DNA of 64,000 bases, taken from contig OZ024741.1 in the NCBI GenBank assembly GCA_964016885.1, forward strand, positions 357,120,001 through 357,184,000, written 5' to 3'. A program made the translations under genes and the position numbers. This DNA is from Eledone cirrhosa (lineage: Eukaryota). Positions within the stretch are counted from its first letter, which is position 1. The number at the start of each line of letters is the position of its first letter. This document shows positions 41,235-54,022 of the stretch, one piece after another. A model generated the notes under the pieces. It made no database searches. It was not told where the DNA came from and was given only the letters and a program-made list of their open reading frames with translations.

Positions 41235-41236
<2 letters not shown>
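40840..41236 (+). mobile_element. RTE LINE 3' fragment
   Basis: IKRYSALEVDG..GRRKKTWDEVIKADL plus 3' UTR and (GAT)n; same subfamily as 31763-32820. Confidence 0.88.
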
Positions 41237-41265
<29 letters not shown>

Positions 41266-41266
<1 letters not shown>

Positions 41267-42339
41267 CATCATCATCATCATCATCGTTTAACGTCCATCT
41301 TCCATGCTTGCATGGGTTTGGACGGGAGGTTTCCCACTTGAGGCAAGATTTGTTGTCCTGCTCATATAGGACTGTCTGGCGGGTTTTCTACGGCTGGATG
41401 CCCTTCCTAACACCAACCACGTTTACAGTGTGGACTGGGAAGTTTTTACCGTGTTACCTACACGGCCACATTACAGCGTGGACTGTGTGTTTTTTTGTCG
41501 TGACACCTACACGACCTCATTTGTTTCGGACTGGATGTTGTAGTACCAACATAACTTCACATTTAAGGGGGTGGTGTGGATGGGGTGGGGGTAGTGGGAC
41601 GGGGGGGGGGGGTATTTTGTTAGAGGTGCCTACTGACTGTAGGTTTCGCTTTGTACTTACGCAAGGCGGCTCTTCTGTATGACTGTGTAGCGGCAAAGAT
41701 ATCGGTCCAATGACATTGTCTTGGAGAGGTGTAAATGTGTGAGGTCGGAATTTATCAAGTCGTCCCAGGTTTTTCTGGGTCTGCCTACTCTGTGGCTACC
41801 GTCTATTTTTATCGCCCTGCACTTTTTTATACAGCTGTCGTCTTTCATGCGCATCACGTGACCGTACCAACGTAGTCTTCTCTCGAGTAAACAACATCTG
41901 ATCCCTCTTATTTCTAATTTCTCCCTTAGTTCGTTTATGCTTTGCCGTTCACGTATATTACTATTACACATCCAGCGGAGCATGCTAGCTTCGTTTCTCT
42001 CCAGTCTGCGTATATCCTCTGCACACAATACCCAGGTCTCACTGCCATGTAACATTGCTGTTTGTATGCAGGCATCATACAGCCTGCCTTTCATTTTTAG
42101 AGAGAACCCTTTAGCGGCCAATAGTGGTATAAGCTCTCTGAATTTTTTCCATCCCGTTCTGACTCTAGCTACTGTACTTTCAGAGCACCCTCCCCCACTA
42201 CTGATTTTGTCACCCAGGTAACGGAAGGTGTCCACTATTTTTATAGTATCATCTGTGCAATGGAATGAGCTAGTATTCTGTGGGCACTTGCTGCTACTTG
42301 TTGCACCAGAGCACCGGCCACATATAAAATCTATATTCT
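41266..42339 (-). mobile_element. 5'-truncated RTE LINE
   Basis: Open frame KNIDFICGRC...VDTFRYLGD...RRLRWYGHV...GRPRKTW; (ATC)n on the plus strand at 41266. Confidence 0.93.
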
Positions 42340-42351
42340 TATATATATATA

Positions 42352-42833
42352 TAAATTCAAAGGGTATATTAGACATAGTCACAGATACATATATGAGTTT
42401 GGCAACCATTCACGGTGTGGCTCAATGAAGAATTAATTAAGCAAATAATTATTAATCAGAGCTATATATAAAAATGTAAGTCCAAAGAACCATTAGATAA
42501 AATATATACAGTATTTCCTCTCCTAATCAGCATAAATCAACCACATAAGAAATCATTTAAACGAGGCTATAAGTTTAAATTGTACTTATGAAGAAATAAT
42601 AGACAAATGATACAGATTATTTTCCGCGATGTACAGCCATATGACACTTACCTAATTATTTCTTTTAGCCTGTCAAATAATTAACTACACGGAATTAGGT
42701 ACAATTATTTCTTCATAAGTACATTTTAAACTTATAGCCTCGTTTAAATGATTTCTTATGTGGTTGATTTATGCTGATTAGGAGAGGAAATACTGTATAT
42801 ATTTTATCTAATGGTTCTTTGGACTTACATTTA
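42352..42833. mobile_element. TA-flanked inverted-repeat island with unique tail (pLTR-like architecture, no HHR found)
   Basis: About 42472-42600 mirrored at 42704-42833; tail 42352-42460. Confidence 0.55.
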
Positions 42834-43182
42834 TATATATATATATATATAAACAAAATTAAAATTTGATTTTTCACTCTAACATATCAGATTACATAAA
42901 TGTAAATATGTGTTATATCGAATAATAATTGTTTCTATTTTAGGCACAGGGCCAGCAATTACCCAGTGTATTACTGGTACTTTATTTTATCGACCCCGTA
43001 AGGATGAAAGGCAAAGTTAACCTCGGCGGGATTTGAACTCAGATCATAAAGGGACGTAACTCTATGCATCAAAGCATTGTGTCCGACCCTCTACCGATAC
43101 TGCCAATCTACCTATATCGAATAATAATAATATTCAATTTGGTTGCAAGCAAATGGCCACACTATGCTTGCAAACAGCGGCC

Positions 43183-43533
43183 ATTTATCACCTCATCCCA
43201 GGTCTTCCTGGGTCTTCCTATTCCATAGCTTCCGTCATCTTTGATTACCCTGCACCTTTTTATACAGCTGTTATCCTTCATATGCATCTCATGACCATAC
43301 CAATGCAATCTCCTCTCTAGCACACTGGATCTGATCCCTCTTACGCCCAATTTCTCTCTCAGATCATTTATGCTTTTCCGTTCATGCATTACTATTACAC
43401 ATCCATCGGAGCATGCAGGCTTTTTTTACATTTATTTACAGTCTTCACAGGTCTTCTGCAACACACTGCCCAGGTCTCACTACCATACAACATTGCTGTT
43501 TGTATACATGTATCATATAATCTGCCCTCCATT
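43183..43533 (-). mobile_element. Decayed RTE fragment
   Basis: ERRLHWYGHE..GRPRKTWDEVI; abuts a TTAA MITE. Confidence 0.85.
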
Positions 43534-44697
43534 TTAACCCTTTAGCATTTAAACTGGCCATATCTGGCCAGAATTCTCTCTTTCGGTTCAAACTGATCAT
43601 AACTGGCTGCTCATACTTATGTTAAGGTATTGTTCTCAAAATAAATAATATAAAAATCTCATAGATTCGATATTATGTGAGATAATTATGTGAGGTAGTG
43701 TTTACCATGAAAATACAATAGTATATATATAGAGAGTAATGTAAATGTTAAAGGGTTAAATGTTCATATTTAAATTAAAACTTTCCATCATAATTTTGTA
43801 TAAGAACCTTTTTGTGTGTTTCCAGTTTAGAACAGGAACACCATATCTTTGCATGTCATTATAGGCAACTAAAAGAATTGGTACTAGGAAGGGCATCCAT
43901 TACATTACTCTATATTTACTATTGTATTTTCATAGTAAACATTTTATCTCACATAATATCGAATCTACGAGATTATGATATTATTTATTTTCAGAACAAT
44001 ACCTTACCATAAGTTTGAGCAGCCGTTAATGGCTGATTTTAACAGAAAGAGGTGAGAGAATACTGGCTGGATATGGCCAGTTTAAATGCTAAAGGGTTAA
44101 TTTTAGAAGTTTTATATCACTAGGGTCAGTTCCTGTTGGTTTGGTATAAAAAAGGATAATATATCATGTGAAGCAGAAACATCTAGCACTAGATTCGTGG
44201 AGTTGGTAGAGCATCAGATTGGATAAAGGCATAGCAGTACTTTTCATCCAGCATTTGTATAGCAGCTAAATAACAAAATAGCTTAGGGATGTCTTCATGT
44301 GGTCTATTGACCTCCTGGAAATAACAGCAAGATTTCCTTTAAATCCCACTACCATCTTTGAAAAATGGTTTCATTGGATAATAGAGACATAACTACACAA
44401 TGCTCAGAGAAAAATAGATAATCATGGCTGGAGAATCTTAGGCCAGCTTCAATCAGAGTTCACCTAATGTTTAACAAGTTGCTTCATGTTGTGTTCCATT
44501 GTGTTTCTAAATAGAACTTTTCATTAAAACACTGGCACAATCTACCTTGGAAAATATGTCAATAAAGATTGGTGAACCGCAGATACAACTGTTGTCATGT
44601 AAAGTTAAATCATAATAGACTATAATTTTCAATTGACTGAACACATTGAATAAATGTTCATTTTACATTTATGTATGTATGTATGTGTGTGTATTTT

Positions 44698-44777
<80 letters not shown>

Positions 44778-46434
44778 TATATGTGTGTGTGTGTGCGTGT
44801 GTGTGTGTGCGTATATCTATGTATATGTGTATATATCTATGTGTGTGTGTATCTATATATGTGTGCTGTGTTTGAGAGAGAGAGATCAGTAACATAGATA
44901 CCACACATTTATTGATTATTTGAATGATACATAATAAAGTCATAGCAAGTACATTTGAAAGTCTTTTCCAAGAATGACGTTAGACTGGCTTCAGCAGGAT
45001 ATACAACTCGTGACTCTAGTATCTGCTGTTATATAACTCATGACTCTAGTATCTGCTGTGATATAAATATATATTCAGTCATTTCAAATTCCCTGTGTCA
45101 AACATATATCAATGTATTATTAAAGGCAACAAATTGGCAGAGTTATTAGGGCATTGAGTTGAAAGTGCCTTGGTATTTGATCCAGCTCACTGCACTTTGA
45201 GTTCAAATCCCACTGAGATCGAGTTTGTTTTTCATTCTTTCAAGGTCAATAAATAAATCACTAGTCCAGGACTGGAGTCCATTCTCTCACATTCTGGAAA
45301 AAATTGATTGTGTTCTGACCTTGAGAGAGATGGGCTCTGCCAGGTTTTAAATACCCAAGACACATTGTGTATGAGGTCAATGCTCCCATGGCTCCACTAG
45401 AAGTTAAGGGCTCTTTACCTACCTAATGTATCAATTACATCACATGTCATCATCATCATTTTTACATAAACCTTACCAAGCTTGCATGAGTTAGATGAGT
45501 CTTCTCTAGCACAGCTTTCCTGCACTTGTCTTCTTCCTTCCTCATCTCCTCTGTAAGGTCCTGAGATCAGCTCTCACAACTTCTGCCCATGTTTTTTTTT
45601 CAGTCTTCCTCTTCTGCTTTTTCTTTCCACTTGTAACTGTCGGCACTTCTTTACCCAACAATCATCAACCATTTGTGATTCAATATATGTGTATGTGTGT
45701 TTCTATGTTAGAAAAAAAATTTAGATAGATAGATCATCATCATCATCATTATCATCAATCATCATCGTCATTATCGTCATCATTTTATATCTTTTTCCAT
45801 GATGGAATAGGTTTGTTGGGTCGTGGCAGTTGAAATCAGTTCATTTTTAGAGTTACTACTCTTCTAGCTAAGTTGAAGGACTATATCTCACCCGTATATT
45901 CCAATTTTCGGGATGGTCTCTATAGCTTGATGCCCTTCCTAACGAGCTATTTTACTTGGTGTGTTTTATCATGGCATCAGAACAAGAGAATTTGCTGAGA
46001 TCTTGACATGACTAAAGAGTCCCTTTTACTCTATGTTATCTCCATTCATTTGTCAACTACTTTATAGACTATAACAGGGGCATTTATTGTGGCACACACA
46101 CACTGGAAAGGTTGCCTTATCCACTGCAAAAGCAACAAAATTCCTTCACACTATGCAGTCTCTATTATTTCAAAGTAAATGTGACTGAGAGGATGATTAA
46201 ATGAGAAGTGATGGCCTAAATTTGGAATGGAAGATCAGGGAGTATGATTTGAGTGTGAAGGAGGAAACAGAGTAATAGGATAGTAAGAACGAGAGAGAGT
46301 GACAGTGGTAGCTTTAGGACTATTTAATAGTAGATGAGAGTAAGTGATGGATATTACAAAGAGGTACCAGTAATAGATATCAGGTAAGCATCTCATGTTG
46401 GAGAGAGAATCATGTTTAACAGTAGATATTGTAT

Positions 46435-47094
46435 ATATGTATGACAACTGATAAAAACAATGCCAATCTCCAACTCACAATCTACAACCAGCAAATTGCT
46501 CAAGTTACGGAGTTTGTATATCTCGGTCACAAACTATCATCAAACAACAATGGAATGTTTGCTGTGCAGTATCGCATCACCCTAGGTTGGGCAGCTTTCA
46601 ACAAGAACAAGGAAGTACTAACATCAAAACGAGTTTCCTATCATTTGAAGGCTAAGATTTTTGACACTTACATCTTACCAGTTGTGTTATATGGTTTTGA
46701 CTGTGCTAATTGGATGATAAGGTCACTTCAGAAGCTCTCTACATTGCAGAACCACACCATGAGACTTATGACTGCCAAGTGATTCAGTGACCGAATCTGT
46801 ATCAGTGAGCTACTCAACATTACCAAACTTAGACCAATTACATCAATTGTCAAGTCAAGAGTACTCAAACTATACGGCCATATAAAAAGATCAACTTGTG
46901 GTGTGAGTAGGTTATGCTTGGAAGGAAGGTTGGCTGGTAAGAGAACCAGAGGCTGGCAGCCAAAACGATGGCTTGACAATGTCAACTTATGGACTGGACT
47001 TGATCTTTGCTCTTTGAAATCTGCTGCTGGTGATCGAACTTTGTGGAGAGAGATATCACATGTTGATGTGCAGTCTGCAACTGGTGGAGTTTAG
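46435..47094 (+). mobile_element. Decayed LINE 3' fragment of a second RTE-like family
   Basis: QVTEFVYLG, GWAAF, ILPVVLYG and GKRTRGWQPKRWLD motifs, with stops. Confidence 0.85.
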
Positions 47095-47689
47095 CATCAC
47101 AAGAATTGTATATAGACACAAATCATAAATATCAAATATGTGGGATGGTAAGTAGGAGTGGTAAATGTCAGCAAGGTGTCTCATCGGAGAGAGAGAGTGA
47201 GGGGGAGAGTGAAAGAAGGGAGTGTGGGAGAGAGAGAATGATGAGAATATGGTCAGATGTGAGAGAGCAATAGAGTATTAATGTCAATGGAAGTGATAAA
47301 CATTAATGATAATGATTTCTACCATAGGCACAAAGCCCACAATCTGGGGGAGAGGAAAGTCGATCTCAGTGCATTACTGGTACTTTATTTTATCAACCCC
47401 ATAATGACGAAAGGCAAGGTTAACCTCGGCAGGATTTGAATTCAGAACATAAAGAGCCGTAACTCCATGCCGCAAAGTATATTGTCTGATGCTCTACCAA
47501 TACTGCGAATCCACTATCCTGATAATGATAGTGTGTTTCATGATGATCATAATTTTTATGTTGACTTTTCCATGCTGTCATGGGCTGGACAAGACTCTTT
47601 AAGGCAATGTTTTACACCCAGATGCCCTTCATGGCACTAACCCTTTTAGTAACTTTTGACAACATGCAAGGATGTACTTTTTTAAACCA

Positions 47690-48690
47690 GATAGGAAATG
47701 CATAAACTTCAATCAACTAAGTCTATTTTCAGAATTTCATGACCAAAAACCTCTTTGGGAATGTTCAAAACGTAAGAAGAAAGAGAATTCAGTCTTAGCT
47801 AATCTAAACCTTTTCAAACATTTTTTGACAATGCATTGAAAGTGAACCTTGTCATTGTGTTAACTTTGGACAACCTGGAGGAGGAAGATATGGATGCTGA
47901 AAGAACTCTGTTAGTCAGATTCAGAAAATTTCTAGTTGATATATAACAGAAAGGATGAGGACAGAGAGACTTATACCATAGAGAACAACTGGAAGTTTCT
48001 ATGAGATCTGTTGAAGACTACAGACCAAATCTGTGGCTGGTACAAAGTTCCAGCCAACCAGAGAGAAGGTGTCATGGTGTTAGAATAGTACTGTAGATAG
48101 AACAATAACATTTAAAAGTCATGAATGGAAAATCTGGAAGAAAAGGGACAGCAGAAATCAGTATCAAGTAGCCACAAGGGAAGTCAGATGTCAAATATAC
48201 CTAACAAGGGTATATGCAGAAAGAAAGAGGTTTGCTGATGTTCTGCAGCATGAGGATCAGAAGCATGAAATGCTTCAGATTGCAAGGCAGTATATAACAG
48301 AGAATTAGAATGTAGTTGGATAGACTTATGTACAAAATGATAACAGCACATTTGATCTAACTGACATTGAAAAGAAAGAGGCATGGAAGTTCTACTATGA
48401 AAGATTGTTTAATGTGAAGAATGCATGGAAGAGAAGAAAGATAGAGAGGAGTAGGGACAGTCTCCCATACATTGTTCCAACAGAGTGACTAGTCATCAAA
48501 GTTGACAGTGGTATAGTTGCCAGCACACTTAAGAACATGAAGTCTGGGTAGGTAGCTGAAATGCATCAACTATCTGAAGTAGTGTATGTGCTAGTCACTC
48601 GAATAGTCAATAAGATAATGCAGGAGTGTGCCATATCCAATGACAGGCACACCAGTGCCATTGCTAACTGTTACCAGGTCAAAGTAGATG

Positions 48691-48725
<35 letters not shown>

Positions 48726-49050
48726 AGCATCAAATTGTTGTACAAGGTTATAAAGTTATGGAAAGAATTATTGCACAATTGATTAGACACTGGGAGAGAA
48801 GCAGTTTGGTTTTGTGCCAGGAAGAGGTGCCATCGATTCCATATTTCTAGTAAGACAGCTGCAAAACAAGGATGCAAAAGTACTTCGCTAGAAGTAAGCC
48901 CCTATACTTAGTATGAGTTGACCTGGAGAGAGCTTTGACAAGGGTTCATGCTATATGATCTGGTAGGTGCTAACAAAGCTAAGGTTAGATGAATGGCTTG
49001 TGAGGGCTGTACAAATATGTAGTCAGCAAGTTGAGAATCAGAAATGAATT
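47690..49050 (+). mobile_element. Old, heavily decayed RTE ORF segment (RT N-terminal motifs)
   Basis: QFGFVPGR, VDLERA and DEWLVRAVQ remnants near 48800-49020; left boundary uncertain. Confidence 0.65.
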
Positions 49051-50019
49051 AAGTATGGGTCTACTCAACAACAATAACAACAAGATCTACACATATGGCT
49101 CAATGTAACATATGCTGCACACACATATAATTGATTTTTGTTATAACATACATTTGTTACAAATATTGATTCCATACATAACATCTATCCATCTCTCTCT
49201 TTTGTGCCCCTGTAGCTAATAAAGAAATATATATCTCTCTCTCTTAGAAGTGTATCTGGTTTTAGATGTAACTTGCTTATAATATCATGGTATTTTTGGA
49301 AAAGCTAAGCTATACCAGAGTCATTTCCCATTGTCTTCTTTGAGCAGGAATGAATCTCAATTGTCCAAAGATATATGAAAGAGTAATTACAATGCTCTAT
49401 TTCCTAATGACCTAATTGAGTTTAGTGAGATAAAACATTTACAGCCGAAAATTAAATTTGGGTCATAAAAGCAGCTCACAAGGATCTCACCTCTGCTCTA
49501 TGCCACTTACCTATAATACAACTGATAGTATGAGATAACAAAGGCTCCTCTACATGATCACTTGGTATACTAGAAATAGCAACTAAATCTTCTTCAAATC
49601 ACACCCAACCATCTTTAAAAAATAAAGGAAGGACACATTGGAAAATGTAGTCCACTGCCAGGCAGTAGACAGGGATGATTATATGTGGAATGGCTTTAAT
49701 CACATGCCTATTCAATCAGGAAATAGCTTTGATCATATATCTGTTTAATAGGGCTTTTACAGAGATAAATAACAACTATCATGGAGGGGTGCAGAAAAAT
49801 CCTAATATTAATCTGCTTTCCACCACCCTTGTGTGTGTGTATATATCATCATCATTCATCATCATCATTTCATTTTACGTCCGCTTTTCCCTGCTTGCAA
49901 GGGTGGGACGGGAACTGATACTGGCTTGATTTCTACAGCTGGATGCCCTTCCTAACACCAACCTCATTTACAGTGAGTGCTGGGTGCTTTTTTGCCGTGG
50001 CACCTACACGACCACTTTG

Positions 50020-50500
50020 CAGATACATATATACCCTTGACACTTTAGCATTTAAACCAGCTGTATGAGGCTAGAATTATTTCACCTTTTTGAAACCAGC
50101 TGTAACCAGCAGCTCACACGGACATTAAGATATCTTTCTTAAAATAAACAATAATCATCAAAATCTCGTAGACTTGAGATTATGTGAAATAATTATGTGA
50201 GATAAAGCCTTTACCATGAATATACAATAGTAAATATAGAGTAATGTAAATGCTAAAGGCTAATGTAATTTCCAATGACACAATGAGTAAGAAAGCTAGC
50301 CCTTTGAATTACAGGTACACTCAATCTGATAGTCTTCGAAACAGTTTCCATCATTACAATTTCACTTACATGGTTTAAAGATCATGTAAATGAAATTTGC
50401 CCAAGATGCTACACAGTGGGATCAAACCAGAGACCTTATGAGTGTAAAGCAAACTTCTTAACTATTTAGTCATGCTTGTACAAGCTAATGGAGCCCTCAC

Positions 50501-50502
<2 letters not shown>
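50020..50502. repeat. About 480-bp inverted duplication of 59565-60048 (old SINE with nested TTAA MITE)
   Basis: Near-identical reverse complement over the whole length, including the SINE/MITE junctions and unique flank. Confidence 0.92.
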
Positions 50503-50560
<58 letters not shown>

Positions 50561-50563
<3 letters not shown>

Positions 50564-51806
50564 AAAGTTCTAGTTTGTAGGAAAGAAAATAAGGCGCCGG
50601 TCCCTTCCGGGAAATGGCCATGCTCAGTGTGTAGGAAAGGCGTAGGTAGAAACTCCATTTTATGTCCCAAATGTAAAGTATGGGTGCATAAAAGATGTAG
50701 TGGGATCACAGGTAAGCTAACTAAGAACATAGATTTTACATGTGGCCGGTGCTCTGGTGTAATAAGTAGCAGCAAGTGCCCACAGAATACTAGCTCTTTC
50801 AATTGCGCAGAGGGTTCTATAGAAATAGTGGACAGCTTCCGTTACCTGGGTCACAAAATCAGCAGTGGGGGAGGGTGCTCTGAAAGTACAGTAGCTAGAG
50901 TCAGAACTGGATGGAAAAAGTTCAGAGAGCTTATACCACTATTAGCCGCTAAAGGGTTCTCCCTAAAAATGAAAGGCAGGTTGTATGATGCCTGCATACG
51001 AACAGCAATGTTGCATGGCAGTGAGACCTGGGCATTGTGTGCAGAGGATATACGCAGACTAGAGAGAAACGAAGCTTGCATGCTCCACTGGATGTGTAAT
51101 AGTAATATACGTGAATGGCAAAGCATAAACGAACTAAGGAAAAAATTAGAAATAAGAGGGATCAGATGTTGTTTACTCAAGAGAAGGCTACGTTGGTATG
51201 GTCATGTGATGCGCATGAAAGACGACAGCTGTATAACAAAGTGCAGGGCAATAAAGATAGACGGTAGCCACGGAGTAGGCAGACCCAGAAAAACCTGGGA
51301 CGAGCTGATAAATTCCAACCTCACACACTTACACCTCTCCAAGACAATGTCACTTGACCGAGACCTTTGGCGGTACTCAGTAATAGAGAAGACCCGCCTT
51401 ACCTAAATACAAAGTAAAACCTACTACAGTCAGTAGGCATCTCTAACAAAATACACCCCCGTCCCACCACCCCCACCCCATCCACACCGCCCCTTTCAAT
51501 GTAAAGTTATGTTGGTGCCACAACATCCAGGCCGAAACAAATGAGATCGTGTAGGTGTCACGACAAAAAAACACACAGTCCATGCTGTAATGTGGCCGTG
51601 TAGGCAACACAGTAAAAACCTCCCAGCCCCACACTGTAAATGTGGTTGGTGTTAGGAAGGGCATCCAGCTGTAGAAAACCCGCCAGACAGTCCTATGCGA
51701 GCAATGACAACCACTCTTGCCTCAAGTGGGAAAACTCCCGTCCAAACCCATGCAAGCGTGGAACATGGACGTTAAACGACGATGATGATGATGATGATGA
51801 TGATGA
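50561..51806 (+). mobile_element. 5'-truncated RTE LINE, longest young copy, including a C4HC3 finger
   Basis: Open frame 50561-51406: SKVLVC..WPCSVC..CPKC..HKRC..CGRC..IVDSFRYLG..GRPRKTW; (GAT)n tail; (TA)n on both sides. Confidence 0.95.
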
Positions 51807-51850
51807 TATATATATATATATATTCATTTTTTCCATTTATATATATATAT

Positions 51851-52328
51851 AAATGGAAAAAATGAAATTTCATTTCTCATTCTTAGTACGGCTGATACTT
51901 AAATATAAGTATGTATACGTACATAGATATATGTATACAGACGTACAGTAGTATGTATATATATATACATACAGGCACACATATATATATGTATGTATGG
52001 GTTTACCGAACGTTTATTATAATGCTCGGTTTGTTTGTAAACAAACACCCCGAATTATTAGCCGTACAGTGTTCGGCAACCATCGTTGCCATTTTGTTCA
52101 ACACTGACAAAGGAACGATAAACTAGTTTCTAGCTTATTAGCTGTCATCAGCACCGTATACCTTCCTCTCAGTTGATTGAACGTTTGAAAGTATATACTT
52201 TCCTTAAGAGTGAGAAATGAAATTTCATTTTTTCCATTTATCGTTTTCGGTACGCCCAGCCGACTAACTCACTCGATATGTAAATTAGGCTGTTCAGCCG
52301 TTAATATGCATAAGAAAAGTATATACTT
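51851..52328 (-). mobile_element. HHR-bearing non-coding retroelement (retrozyme/pLTR-like), copy 1 with inverted junction segment
   Basis: 51851-52204 is colinear with 61585-61910; 52205-52328 is an inverted piece that joins the unit's end to its start. Confidence 0.75.
52115..52157 (-). ncRNA. Type I minimal hammerhead ribozyme
   Basis: acggtg-CTGATGA-cagct aata agcta-GAAA-ctag-TT-tatcgt; palindromic ACTAGT stem III. Confidence 0.8.
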
Positions 52329-52416
52329 TACAGTGTAGGCTGGGTGCTTTTTTGCCGTGGCACCTCCATGACCACTTTGCAGTAGGAGGGTGTGGGGTCA
52401 TATTGCCTATATATAC

Positions 52417-52494
<78 letters not shown>

Positions 52495-52496
52495 TT

Positions 52497-52679
52497 TGGG
52501 AGCCCCTACATGGACACACTAGAAGAGGAAGACCAAGGTTAACGTATGTTGATGCCCTAAGGACAGACACTGGTCTGTTGGAGATGCAGGACATGGCAGC
52601 GATAATGAGGGACAGAGACCGCTGGAGAGAACTCGTCCATGGATCTCGGGAATTTTACCCGCCTTAGATAGATAGATAG

Positions 52680-52680
<1 letters not shown>
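52497..52680 (+). mobile_element. Extreme 3' fragment of a third RTE-like LINE with (TAGA)n tail
   Basis: WEPLHGHTRRGRPRLTYVDAL...MRDRDRWR, stop directly followed by TAGA repeats; inside (TA)n. Confidence 0.8.
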
Positions 52681-52740
<60 letters not shown>

Positions 52741-52892
52741 AGTAAGATGTATGGTAGGACGTATGTGAATCGCGATGATCACGTCTGACTTACCAAATAT
52801 GTGACGGTAGCTAGTTAAGCTCTATGCGTATACGCAGAGCAGAAATATTAGTGAAAAAGAACAAAGGAACTATTATGACATTATAACAAGTT

Positions 52893-52947
52893 TATTGCCG
52901 ACAGCCGTTTCGTCCGACCCCATGGTGGGACTTATCAAGGCATATAA
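52893..52947 (-). ncRNA. Type I hammerhead ribozyme, U3-A8 core variant, in the Penelope-like 3' pLTR
   Basis: ttatatgcc-TTGATAA-gtcc c acc atgg ggt c ggac-GAAA-c ggct g-TC-ggcaataa; GUC triplet, stems I and II well paired. Confidence 0.82.
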
Positions 52948-53864
52948 CATGTGATTGCAAGATCATTGTTTACATCAACGTATCACTCAAGGCTAGCAGT
53001 TTGAAATTGTTGTATACATCAGCAACTCCGCTTTAAGGGGGGGGGGGGGGCCTCTTTTATATTAGTTGTCGGGGTCAGGGATTGAAGTTTAAAAATTAGA
53101 CAAAAATATATAATTCACGCATCAACATTAAACCAAGAGACTTGGGGTCCCGTAGAAGCACCTCAGAAAATCCCTCAATGAGTGCATAAAGCTTACAGGC
53201 TCCAATACACCTATTAGTCTAGAAGAAAATTAAGAGGCTAATAAAATAAGAAAATAAAAATATAAAGTTTCCCTAAAAAATATATAGAGTTCCTATGAAA
53301 TTTCTTCTAGAGAAAAAAAATTTTTTCGAAAGAAAAAAACCTTCTTCCCCCGAGATCACGTTTACAAAATTCAGAAAACTGAATTGAAAACTAGGTTGAA
53401 AGAAACTAATCAATTAGAGGTTAATTCAGAGAGCCTTCCATAAATCTCTCAGAAAAGGCCCCTTTACTATTTCCAATAGGAACTTCTTCCGAGAGACCCT
53501 TCGAAGAATTAAAATTTTAGAGAGCCTTTGAGGATAAATATAAAAACGAATTGAGGAAAATTATACATTAAAAGTTAAAAATTAAAAATTACGGTATTTG
53601 GGATATCCGAGGAATTTTCAAAGGGCTGCTTCAACAGATACAACTTAGGCATAATAGGTACAATAATCTAAGCAACTTAAGCAATTTAATTAGGGAGCAA
53701 TTCAAGGAGTTTATCAAGTTGGGCAAGATTAAAGAAAGTGGTAACTAAGAAAATACATAAGCAAAAAGACAATAATCATAAAATGTATCCTTAAGAAGGT
53801 ACAAGGTAGCTTCAGTGATCTAACCCTGTATTATCACAAAAAAACATTCCAAAATTATTGATAC

Positions 53865-54022
53865 AGGATTAAAATTATTACAAAATCATTACAAAATTAC
53901 CACAAAATCATTACAAAATTATCAAATCATCACAAAATTACCACAAAATCATTACAAAATTATCAAATTATCATAAAATTATCGCAAAATTATTACAAAA
54001 TTATCATAAAATTATTGCAAAA
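53865..54022. repeat. About 12-bp tandem repeat (CAAAATTATTA-like) in the PLE 3' region
   Basis: Repeated (c/t)aaaat(t/c)a(t/c)(t/c)a units. Confidence 0.85.

Noticed and set aside
41937-42428. ORFs antisense to the RTE copies
   Set aside because: Shadow frames repeated only because the element is repeated.
42768-42805. CTGATTA-ggagag-GAAA-tactgta-TA hammerhead-like string
   Set aside because: G8 is missing without compensation and stem II cannot pair.
44960-45005. Minus-strand CTGCTGA...GAAA
   Set aside because: A6 is altered and there is no stem I pairing.
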